A DNA stretch of 64,000 nt from the NCBI RefSeq assembly GCF_037042905.1, contig NC_087245.1:32304001-32368000 (forward strand), in the 5' to 3' direction. Under the pieces are notes generated by a model that searched no databases, was not told the DNA's origin, and saw only the letters and a program-made list of their open reading frames with translations. Below are positions 37,520 to 48,400 of this stretch, in pieces. Position 1 is the stretch's first letter; the number at the start of each line of letters is the position of its first letter. Made by a program: the position numbers and the translations under genes. This stretch comes from Lytechinus pictus. Its lineage: Eukaryota.

Positions 37520-37763
37520 TTCCTCTACCGTTGGCGTTGACTAAGTTGCTGCGCTGGCTGGATCTAGGCAGCAGGCCGTTGCAGCACGGCGCCCGCCCCC
37601 GACACCGGGGAGCACTGCCATTGGCTCTGCGGCTGCCTCTCGCCGCAGTGTATGTTTTCCTTTTTGTTTTGCAATAATACAGTCACCATTGTTTTTTGTC
37701 GTCAGCTAGTCAAGCAACGTGAACAAACTCTCCATTTTATTTGTTTATATTGTTAATAAAAAT
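37520..37763. promoter_or_regulatory. Putative bidirectional promoter / 5' UTRs shared by the hydratase-like and IPK genes
   Basis: 244 bp between divergent ATGs. Locally GC/CpG-rich, with a GC box (gcccgccccc, 37591-37600) and an inverted CCAAT (ATTGG, 37620-37624). Confidence 0.7.
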
Positions 37764-40700
37764 ATGGAATGTATAGTCAAGGTTGGAGGTAGTGCTATCA
37801 CCAAAAAATTGGAGCTAGAGACGATCAACTCTGACAACCTCGTTAAAACAGCAGAGCTTTTGAGTAAGCTAAAGGGAAAGTTCATTCTTGTACATGGAGC
37901 AGGGTAGGTCTACGGTATTGTAACTCCATCCATGCCGGCGAGGCCGGCCGGGGCCAGGGTAGGCATATGCACTTGACTTGCTTGTGTTGAATGTACAATA
38001 CATGTGTACAATACATGTGTACAATACATGTGTACATGTAGCTACGGAAGGTTCTGACTATCTTCCATTGGTGGAAAGTAATAGTGTGTATTAACTGTCA
38101 CAAAACAAGTCTATCTTTACTTTAGAAAAAAATAATTAAAAGAATTCAATTTAGGCCTACTTAACTTATTAAGTCTTGAGCCTGAGGCAAGTTATGAAGT
38201 TGTCGGACAGATGGAATGCTGAGCCTGAGGGTATGAAAAAAATTAAAATCAAGCATTTGAGGAAATAAGACAGACATTGATTGCCAACCTTATTTTACCA
38301 CACAAGGACCGTAGGAGTCCTAACAACAGAGAACAAGGTTATAGATCTAGGCCTATAACATAACCTTGTTCTTTGAATGAGTGGGCATATGGTCTGGTGC
38401 AGCAAACGTAATATGCATAAATCCTTGTTTGCTTTTGTTGGATCTACTTGCTGCATAAACATGGGCTTCAGAACACAAACAACAGTGCACATTTCTGTGG
38501 CAGCCCAAACAACGTTTGGGTCGATGTCCTTAGGGACACAGTGCATACTTGTACAGAGACAGAAAATTATGCTAGGTTAGCGTCCGTCCCCCCAGCCCCC
38601 AAACCCCCCCCCCCCCCTAGCCCCAGGGACATCTTTGTGTTCGGGTTTCCGCGTTAACCTCCTCCCCCGCTTTCAAAACCGTTCCATGCAGCCCCTGAGA
38701 TAAACCATATGTTTTGCATTATTTATCAATCTTTAATTCTTAAAATTTAACAGCTACAATTCTTCATAAGTGACAATTTTTTGGTTCTTAATGTACAAGT
38801 TTAGTTTTCTGCAGACGACTAAATTTGAATAGTGAGTGTAATTAGTGTGGCGTTACATAAGTTATCCACTCATTTCACTTCAGTTTTACTCATCTACTTT
38901 TCTAAAAGTGATAAAATGGTAAGTTTGAAAGTAAAACTGATGAAAAGTGAGAAGTTGAGAACTAGTCTAGAAAAGCAAATAAATTGATTTTTCTTCTTTT
39001 TCCTTGCAGATCCTTTGGTCATTTTCAAGCCAGTGAATATGGTGTTAGTAAAGGATACACTTCTCTCTCATCAGATGAACAGCTACGAGTTAAAGAAGGG
39101 TTCTGTAGAACAAGACTCTGTCACAAAGGTATCCTTGCTGAAAACCAGGGGATGTGGGGGAAGGGTGTAACAGTACCCGCTGAATTTTTGTTTCCTTTCC
39201 TTTATTATATATTTTTGTTTCAGTGAAAGGTCAAGGAAGAATGGAAGGAACATTTATATTAATGGATGTGATTCATAAATATTTTTTTTTGTTCTTGGAT
39301 CTTACTGGTATCTTCATATGTATAAAATCATTTGTCATTTAATAGTTTTATAATTATGTGATTGATGTAATTATAAATGTTGATGTTGGTCACTAGAAAT
39401 AAACATATATTAAAACAAAAAAGTGAGGAAATAAGAAGAAAAGAAAAAATAATTCTGAGGGGGGTAAAGTATGGCAAATGACAAACCAATTTCAAACTTT
39501 CAAATGATTTATCAATACTTCTCCTGGAAGTGACAGGATATACAATGTTTACAATCTTCTCTTATGAAAGAAAAACTTGTTTTCCAAATTAATTTATAAT
39601 TTATTTTTTTATAGGTTTCTCATTGACAACATTCCTCCTTCAACTAAATTGGTCCACTCCCCCTATTCGGATGATAAGTTATTCTTTGGTCAAGAGATTT
39701 ACCAACAGCTGCATGCAGTCTTGACCAACCATTTAAAAAGTGTAAGATTCAGGACCCCAGTTAGAGTGGACAATTAGATTACAGATTCTCGTAATATGAC
39801 AATTTTTATTGTCAATATTTTTATGCCTAATCATTATTTTTCATTTTAAAAAATCATGTTTGTAGTTGAATCATATGATAGTGGATGCTCTGGTAGAAAA
39901 AGGAGTGCATGCAGTTGGATTCTCTGTAAGTATGAACTCATAGATATACACAGCTCCTCAAATTGGCAAAACTCGTTAATTTTCTACTTTAAAAATATTG
40001 AATGTGTATTAGTCAGAGAGAGAATTAACTGAAAAGTTTCCAATTTGTTTCCAATTTAGGAAACAAATTGTTCATATCAAATGAAGTTGTTCCAAATAAT
40101 GTAGAGGAATGAAGAGATGAATTTTCTTAAGATTTTTTTCTTTTTAACAGTTAGTACTGTAAGTCTGTTCCAAACTTCCAATTGAGTGATATATTCAAAT
40201 TTTACTATAAAAGTAAAGGAAAGGTAATATGATAGCAGTATAATACTAACATTTTATGTTTTGTATAAATGAAAACACATTTTTCAGATCAAGTTTATTT
40301 AATCCAAAAGCCATGAAGAGATGATTTTTATGGGGAGAAACATAGTAAAAACTAATGATGCACATATCTCCCAAACTTACAATCATAGCCCTAGTGATGT
40401 TCAAAATTTACATAAGACAATCGAAGCAAATATACCAAAATTGTATTTGTTCATATTCTTTATTTGATTATTTTATCTTTAAGCCCTGTGGGAGATGGAG
40501 GATGAAAGGAAGAGGTCAAGTGAGGTCAAGCGACTGTGAGAAGGTCAATGAACTATTAGAGGCTGGTTTCCTACCTGTGTTACATGGGGACTGTGTGTTA
40601 GAGGAAGATCTGGGATGTACTATACTCAGTGGCGATACAATTATCCAAGTGAGTATATTAATGATGATGATAACGATGATGATGATAGTGATGATAATCG

Positions 40701-41260
40701 TGATGACGATTGTGATGATGATAGTGATGATGATAATGACGATTATGATGATGATTGCGATGATGATGATAGTGATGATTATGATGGAGGATCTGCTCGT
40801 GATCCCAAGCAATTCAGATTTACAGGCATTTCACTCATAAATGACAACTGTCAATTACTGTCAATTGAATTGTTTTTCTATGATCTTATTTTGATTTTGT
40901 TAGGTATTATGTGAATTCTTCAAGCCAAAGAGAGTGGTCTTCCTATCAGATGTAGAGGGCATATTCACCAAGCCTCCGACCAACCCTGAAGCCAAGTTCC
41001 TTCCCAGGATCCATGTTAGAAAAGATGGCAGTGTAGCAACCAGCATAGCAACCCGACAGCTAGACCATGATGTCACGGGGGGCATCAAGGCAAAGATAGC
41101 ATCGGCGTGCAGCATCGTCTCGCAGAGTGGTGGCGCTATACCAGTGTTTGTTTGTAAGCTTGGGGAACATTCAGCAGAGCTTGCCTGCTTGCGAGGCGAC
41201 AGGAGCGATGCTTATACAGGGACTATCATTGAAGCTGCAGATAACGTTCCAGTTTTATGA
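37764..41260 (+). CDS. IPK: Isopentenyl phosphate kinase-like protein (amino-acid-kinase family), 5 exons, ~280 aa if the exon-2 frameshift is corrected
   Basis: Exons 37764-37903, 39010-39128, 39866-39925, 40484-40648, 40904-41260 (GT-AG). Motifs: IVKVGGSAITKK, LVHGAG/SFGH, PVLHGD, ILSGD, FLSDVEGIF, DVTGGIKAK. Exon 2 ends in phase 1 while exon 3 needs phase 0 (see findings). Confidence 0.85.
40659..40786 (+). repeat. (GAT)n microsatellite in IPK intron 4
   Basis: Imperfect gat/gac repeat starting just after the donor site. Confidence 0.9.
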
Positions 41261-41380
41261 TAAACAAAGAAAATATCATTATGGCCTATTCCCCTAGTCT
41301 GTTTGAGACTATGCCCACATATGCATGCTAAAGCATATGTATGCCGGTCTCCAGTGGGTTGAATATACTGTACATGCAGT

Positions 41381-41798
41381 CAGGGTGCTACATAAGCACT
41401 TGCCCGATTGCCCGGGGCAAGTAAAAGTTAGAGTCAGGCAAGTGTTTTGAAGTAAAGACCAAAACTACTTGCCCAAATTGGGCAAGCAAAATTCTCAGTA
41501 GAATGACCAATATTAGGGTTGATAGGATATATTGACCCTAATTTTGGTCATGGCAGGCAAGATAAAATCTCTTTGGAAAAAGAAATGCAATAACAAAGTA
41601 GATCAGTTCATGTCAAAAGAGAGAAAAAGGTCAATGGTTTATAAAATCGCAAAACTTTCTTTTGAAGAGGTAAAACTTTTTTTTCATTGATTTTTTTTCG
41701 GGCAAGTGAAATAGATTTTTGGGCAAGTATATTCCAACTATTTAAAAATTTACTCGCCCAACTGGGCAAGTGCTTCTAAAAAGTTATGTAGCACCCTG
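41381..41798. mobile_element. hAT MITE with 8-bp TSD CATGCAGT, 120 bp after the IPK stop
   Basis: TIRs cagggtgctacataa / ttatgtagcaccctg, subterminal ttgccc/gggcaag repeats, perfect TSD. Confidence 0.9.
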
Positions 41799-42748
41799 CA
41801 TGCAGTATTCTACAATCACTGCTTTTTTTAGTTCTTTTGTAATCACTGAGATGAGCATGACCATCTATTTGTTTATGTTGGGCTTTGCATGGCAACAGAT
41901 CAAATGATAGTCAAAAATTGGTTTTAGTGGACAATGTAATAGAAGATTTACCACTTGTTAATTAACCTGCAAATTGTTTCATCTAGGCCCCGTCTTACAG
42001 AGAGTTACGACTGATCCAATCAATTGTAACTCTATGGAAATCTATCTGTGTCATAATTTTTTCTACAGGAAATGTGCAAAATGTCCTTTGTAAACAAGGG
42101 AGAACACACTGAACTGTCAAGAAATCAATGAATTTATGGATATACATTCATATCTAGAAAAAAATTTGAGCAAACATGCATTTTATATGTCGATTTTGCT
42201 GGCTTTCCATAGTTGTGATTGATCGGATCAATCGCAAGTCTTTGTAAGACGGACCCCTGGTATATGAATGTGATGCTGTGGTTCATATTAGGAAAGATTA
42301 TCACAGATTGGTATACCAGGCAGGCATACATAACATCCTGGATAATGGATAATCGAGTACATATCCAATCGGAAAAAAAAAGAAAGATCATTTGAAAAAA
42401 TCTCTCTACATCTAATTGTGAAGTGGTCATCTTGATTCTCTCCACATGAGTTTCTCATACTACTCTTTCCTTTGTAATTGCTTAGTTTGAAGCACACCAC
42501 TTATTCTCTTTGCACACATTTATCAAAATCTATCTATTCATACAGATGAGAACACAACTACAACCATTTAAGTTCACAAATATTGATCCATTTTATTAAT
42601 CTTTATACAAATGTACATGTATATATAATTTTTTTACAAAAACTGAATGTAATCTACTTTATTTTCAAATGAAATTATTGTTTTTCTATTAGAGGTCAAT
42701 TGTAGCAATCTTGAAATAAACAATAAGACTAAGTCCTGCTAACATAAT

Positions 42749-43023
42749 AGGGAGTTTTGGCACCACGATGCAGAATGAATCCAAGAACAAAGTAAATGTA
42801 TTGAAATTGCAAGTCAAATCACAATAAAAAACTGTTAGGTCTTTGTCAAAAATTGCTGAATCGTAACAGCAGTTTCATCCTACTATGGCGTTTGTCCAGA
42901 TTCCAGGATGAAACTGCCGTTTTGATTCTTGACAAAGACTTCATTGTCATGAAGGGCATTTGACAATATGTTCTCTATGTTTGAAAGCGTTCTGCATCGA
43001 CGTTGCGGTTACGAAAACTCCCT
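42749..43023. mobile_element. MITE with 3-bp TSD AAT
   Basis: aat|agggagtttt ... aaaactccct|aat. Confidence 0.6.
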
Positions 43024-43339
43024 AATGATATGGATGTCTGAAGCACTTCAAATCATAACAGTGTTTCAATTAAGGCTCAATGTTAAACCGGTATCTCTGT
43101 GTAAGATATCTCGACCCAAGTCTGTTCATTGTTAAGTTGCTGCTTTCGGATACCTGATCAATATGGTTTTCGAGAATGGCATGCTGATCTGGCTATAGTT
43201 GCTTCAACAGATATCTATCATTTGTCTTCATATTCAGACTTAGTGTGAGGATAAGGAATGAAATGAGATGGAACTGGCAAAGTTCTAATTTAATGTGCAC
43301 ATACAGCTAAACTTGCCTAAGTCGGGCTTCCATAAGTTG

Positions 43340-45108
43340 CAGAGCTCCCAAAAAATATGTTTTGTACGTATTTGTATGTTTTTTTGTGTAAAATCCATAT
43401 GTATGTTAATTCCAGCAAAAATACATTCTTCCGAATTTTCAGTATGCTTTAATTCATGTGTGCGCCTTTAATTTAGTGTTGAGAGTGATTGTGTATGAGC
43501 TGAATGTACATGTACGTGCGCTCTGATATCCTGCGTGGGAGCAAATGTGTTGCCATTCTCACCAGTTGATCTACTTCAGTTTTCTACTACTTGGAAAAGT
43601 CAAGCAAGAGACATAAATCCTTCAAAGAAGTACAACAGATGTGTGGAGGTGAAAACCATGCAATTCTCAAACACGTGTGTACCCGTTGGTTATCCATGGA
43701 AAGAGCTGTAGGAAGGCTACTTGAGCAGTGGGTACCTCTCAAAGAATTCTTCAGCTTGGAGGCAAAGACTGAAGAAGATAATCAACCTAAGAAACAGAAG
43801 GCTAAGGTTGGTGAGCAGTCATCATCTACAGGAAAAGCAGGTCATAGTTCACAGGTACATGCTGAAGGTAAACAAGGCAGACAATGACGACAGAAACACA
43901 AAGAAGCAAAAGGTGTCGACACAACAGAAGGCAGATAAGCAGTCAACATCTGCTGCTAGTGCTGGACAGAGCTCTGTAAAGAAAACTGGGTCTAACATGC
44001 AAAGCAAGGACAAAGTTACACCCAAACAAGTGTCGTTACTTTCTGGGTCCAAAAAAGGTCCCATAGTTACACCTGGCATCAAGAAAGTCACTTCAGTTCA
44101 CTGTGGAAAGAAACATCCAAAGTCACCAAAGATCCCCCAGCAAAGAAGAGTACACAAGGTCTCTTTGTTGCAAACGGTGGAAAGGAGGCTGTAACATCTG
44201 AGAGCAAAAAAGGCAATGCTTCCACATCAGTAAAGCAACCAGTGGGGAAAGCAGCAGCAATACATGCTAAATTGACTGATTACAACAAGTTAAGGAAAGG
44301 ACCCCTTGCATTATCAGAGACATTCTTTAGCTGTTTTTAAAAGGAGGAAAGGACCCCTTGCATTATCAGAGACACTTATTCAGCTTTCTTTCATGTAGTG
44401 ACATATTGGTGTTGACTTCATGTCTGTATATAATCTAAAGAATATCACAGATTGTTTTGTCCATTAACTTTACCTTTTCAATTTATTATACCACTAGGGA
44501 AACTTCTGTACAATGTGTACCGTCCTGTACCTGTACTTCTGCTCATGATGTGATTCATTGCATGCTCAAACACTGCATAATGTCTTTTATGTCCATTAAT
44601 TGTTTATAATGTGCTACATGACTATGAATGGCATGCATAAACTTACAATTAACTTTGTGTTCAGTTGCTGAAAATTAGAGATGCATGGCTCTAAAAACTT
44701 ATTCAAAATGTAGCCAAATGCTATTCTCTCCATTATGTTTGGTGCTAAAATTGTGGAAGTATACCACCTAAAATTCAAAATTCAAGGATGCTTGTATCTT
44801 GATATTGAGTGCATTACATTCATTTTTTTTCCCTTGCTGTGTCAATCCATCTGAATATAATAAACTTGATGCTGGCCTGCTCAAATCTGAACTTCTAAAA
44901 TTACTCAACCAGTTTTACCTAGTGTTTTTAACTAAATTCATTCATTCATTTATAACACCGACCTCGTGTTTATTATAAAAGAAACATCGTTGCAAGAGCA
45001 TTTTACAAGGAAAAATTCTGAAACAGGGAAAATCCTCTTTTTGACCTAAAAATATGTTTTTTCAAGCTGAAAAATACTTTTTTTGACAGTGACAGGTTGG
45101 CAGCTCTG
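43340..45108 (+). mobile_element. Internally deleted hAT-type DNA transposon carrying a transposase fragment
   Basis: Fragment YYLEKSSKRHKSF...ILKHVCTRWLSMERAVGRLLEQWVPLKEFF at ~43585-43770 has the hAT 'TRW' block. TIRs cagagctcccaa / ttggcagctctg (11/12 match). TSD not clean. Confidence 0.7.
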
Positions 45109-45410
45109 AAGCTTTATATTTACCAAAGTTGAAGCAATTTGCAACCAGATCATGCACAACATATACTGTATACCTCTTCTAAGTTGATTAAAGTAAAACA
45201 AGACTTTTTGGTTCAAAAAGAATTAAAAGAATTTGCTTAGGCAGTGTCACCTGTATATCCATTCCTTAAGAGTGCTTGAGGTGTATGACCGGTGTGTCTA
45301 AACAAACAAAAAATCCGCCAAGGTATGTTATTTTCAAAAATTACTAAGACATTTTTGATGTTGACACCATTAGAACGTCTCTTGCTGTCTGCAATCCTGA
45401 TCATGTCTCC

Positions 45411-48400
45411 TCAGTGTCTCTGATCTTGGTCTCCAGACTTATGTTTAGGTTTTGCACCAGACAGAGATAGAGCCAAAGCCTCCACTATAAACATAAAAGA
45501 CACAAATAATATCCTTTCAGCATTATTAAGTTAAGCTTATGTTTATAACATTTTGTGGGGTGCCTGTTGCCAACACATCCATGGAGTACAGGGGAGTGTT
45601 TCATGAAAGGACTTGTCAGACGTTTTATCCGACAAGTCCCACTTTATCCGACAGTTACCATAGTAACAGTACCTCTCAGCCAATCAACTTCAGAGAAAGA
45701 TGTCAGATCTGATAACTTGTCGGATGAAAATGTTGATGAAACACTCCCCAGGTTATTTTATTTTTGTGAGTCCTATGCCATATTGTTTTTTGGCTAGGGT
45801 CGAAACCCCTCTCAAGCACTCTACGCGCAAGCACTCCATTTGTGAGCGTTATGTGCCTAAAGTTCACACGCTATGGACTCTTTATTTTTCTTCAGCAAAA
45901 GTTGGCAGATATGCCAGAACAACAACAACAAACATACATAACATTTTAGGTGTATGTGTGGATACTTCTGACTTGCAAATGAAGGAATAAAGCAAAATCA
46001 AATTCTCTCAGAATTACTTACAATGAGGAAAGGTGCCTCTTCTAATGATATTTGCAAGTAAGGTAGAGAGAAACTCATTGCAATTGAAGAACTCTTCTTC
46101 AGCCTTGGCCACGTTCTCGATGCTAAATGAAAAGAACAAAGATTTAAATATTACCAAAGACATGCAGAAGTGACCATAATAATAATAATAATAAACAGTT
46201 CTTGTATAGCGCATATCACGATTATGAATAATGTCTCTATGCGCTTCCAAAGGACTTGGATATTATTATTACCCCAGCTGTAGCTTGGCAGCCGTAATTA
46301 CTAAGATTACAGCGCACACGCATTTCAAGGAATAAATTCCTGCCAGGTACCCATTCACCTCACCTGGGTTGAGTGCAGCACAATGTGGATAAATTTCTTG
46401 CCGAAGGAAATTACGCCATGGCTGGGATTCGAACCCACAACCCTCTGTTTCAAAGTCCGGAGACTAATCCACTGGGCCACAACGCTCCACACCATGTGTG
46501 GCTCTTGTTTAATGCACGAGTAAAATATTGCAAGAATGTATCTGTCTGTCTGTCTATCTATCTTTCTCATCTCTCTATCTATCTTTCTCATCTCATCTAT
46601 CTATCTATCTATCTAAGTAGTCTTACCTGAAAGTATGTACCCCTGCATCCCAGCGTCTTTGGAAGGTGACAGCAAGGTTGAGGACCTTGGAAACGGCTTC
46701 TCTGACGAAGCTAACCTTGTGGTGAAGCAGACATCTCTCCGATATCTTGGCCAGGTAGGACTTGTGAGCAGCTAGGATCTGGTCCAGGTCCAAGGCTTGG
46801 TCCAGAGCAGCAGAGAACTCCAGACCGGTGCTGTAGAGGATCTGATCAAAAGGAAAGGCCACACAACAAGATCGAGAAGTTATCTCAGGGTTCCGAGCTT
46901 TTCAAGATTCCCAGATTTTTCCCTGATGAAGTTTACAAATTCCCTGATAATTTTTTTAACCCATTCCCAATTTCACATGTTTATAAGTTGTTGCAGTGAA
47001 TTACATGTATTTTCAGTTTAAAAACAATAATGTTAAACTAATTAGCTACACTAAAAAACCACCATAACCAGTCATTCAATGGATGTTGTTTTGATATGCA
47101 ACAAAATATAACAGAGTCTGACTGACTTCCATGCTTTTGACTTTTGGGCCGATCAAAATTCTGATTTTTCGCTCATTTGAGGCATTTTCCCCTAATTTGA
47201 GGTATTTTTAAAATCAAATTCCCTGATTTTTCCCTGACTGGAAAAAGTAAAATAATTTCCCTGATGGGCTGGGAACCCTGTATCTTTATACATGCATGAC
47301 ATAAGCGTACCTTGTGATACGTCATCATGGTCATTTTTCAAAACTGGGTAATGCTCTGTTCAGGACCCAGTGCAATAATTGCAAAATAATGTAATAAGAT
47401 TAAAAGCCCATAAATTTAAGCCAAAAAAAGAGAAATTTTGCAAACCAATTATCGTTCCTTACTTCTTTATATTTCATCTAAGGCTTCAAAGTTATTATTA
47501 ATATCATGTGAACATTTTAATGTAAATAGTGAAATTTATTAGATCTAGGTCAAACCAGTTTAAATTTGTCATCAATCACACATGCTACCTGAACCAGATT
47601 GAAACATCAAATGGTTCTCCAGTTATCGCAAGAATATGACTCAAAATCTAATCCAATCATTGTCACTCCTACATGTGTACATAAACTAAGTTTGAAGTTG
47701 ATCCTTAAACCATTCTTCACTCATCAGCAAAGTTCATACCATCCCTAAAGGCCACCGCACACCTTACGACTGTTCGCGATCCGATTTTGGAACAAATCGC
47801 ACTTTGCTCATTTTCTGAAAATGTGAATGGAACATATCATTTTATTTGATGTTAAAATTAATTGAAAGATATACTAATATAACCATTTTGAAAGATTGCA
47901 AACCTTTATTTTGGAGTAAAGGCCAAATTAGTTTCAAATCGTACGATTGCTATGACGTCATTACGACTAGATATTAAATTTGCTTTTATTCTAAGAAGGA
48001 TGATAGCATAGTCACAGATTTGAACATAGGTATTCGTACGATAATTTCGAACAATACACAGTAAGATATTCCGAGTCTCAATATTAGCATCAAATTCTAC
48101 ATTTTATTCTGAAATCGGGTCGCAGACCAATCGTAAGGTGTGCGGTGGCCTTAACCCTTTCAATGGGACCAGTTTTTGACCGACGTTCGTGGCTAAATCC
48201 TTACCCTCGTCATGAGATAGTTATGCACAGCATTGACAAAGTGCATGAGTCGGAAGCGCAGGATGAAAAGACGATGGATAAGAGGTAGCTTCTCCTTAAG
48301 AGCCTCATCTGCTTGACCTCTATCCAGTCTCCCAAGGTCGCTATCTTCAGTCAAGTGTCCAATATTCACTGAAATAAGTAGATCTAACAAAGAAAAATAT

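Noticed and set aside
39577..39777. Extra IPK exon that might fix the frame (acceptor-like tttttatag at ~39614)
   Set aside because: The peptide has no kinase-like character, and exons 2 and 3 already join seamlessly once 2 nt are restored.
40615..40914. Asp-rich and Met/Ile-rich ORFs
   Set aside because: They come from the (GAT)n microsatellite inside IPK intron 4.
43721..44194. 157-aa K/S/Q-rich ORF as a standalone gene
   Set aside because: Low-complexity continuation of the broken hAT transposase inside the element.
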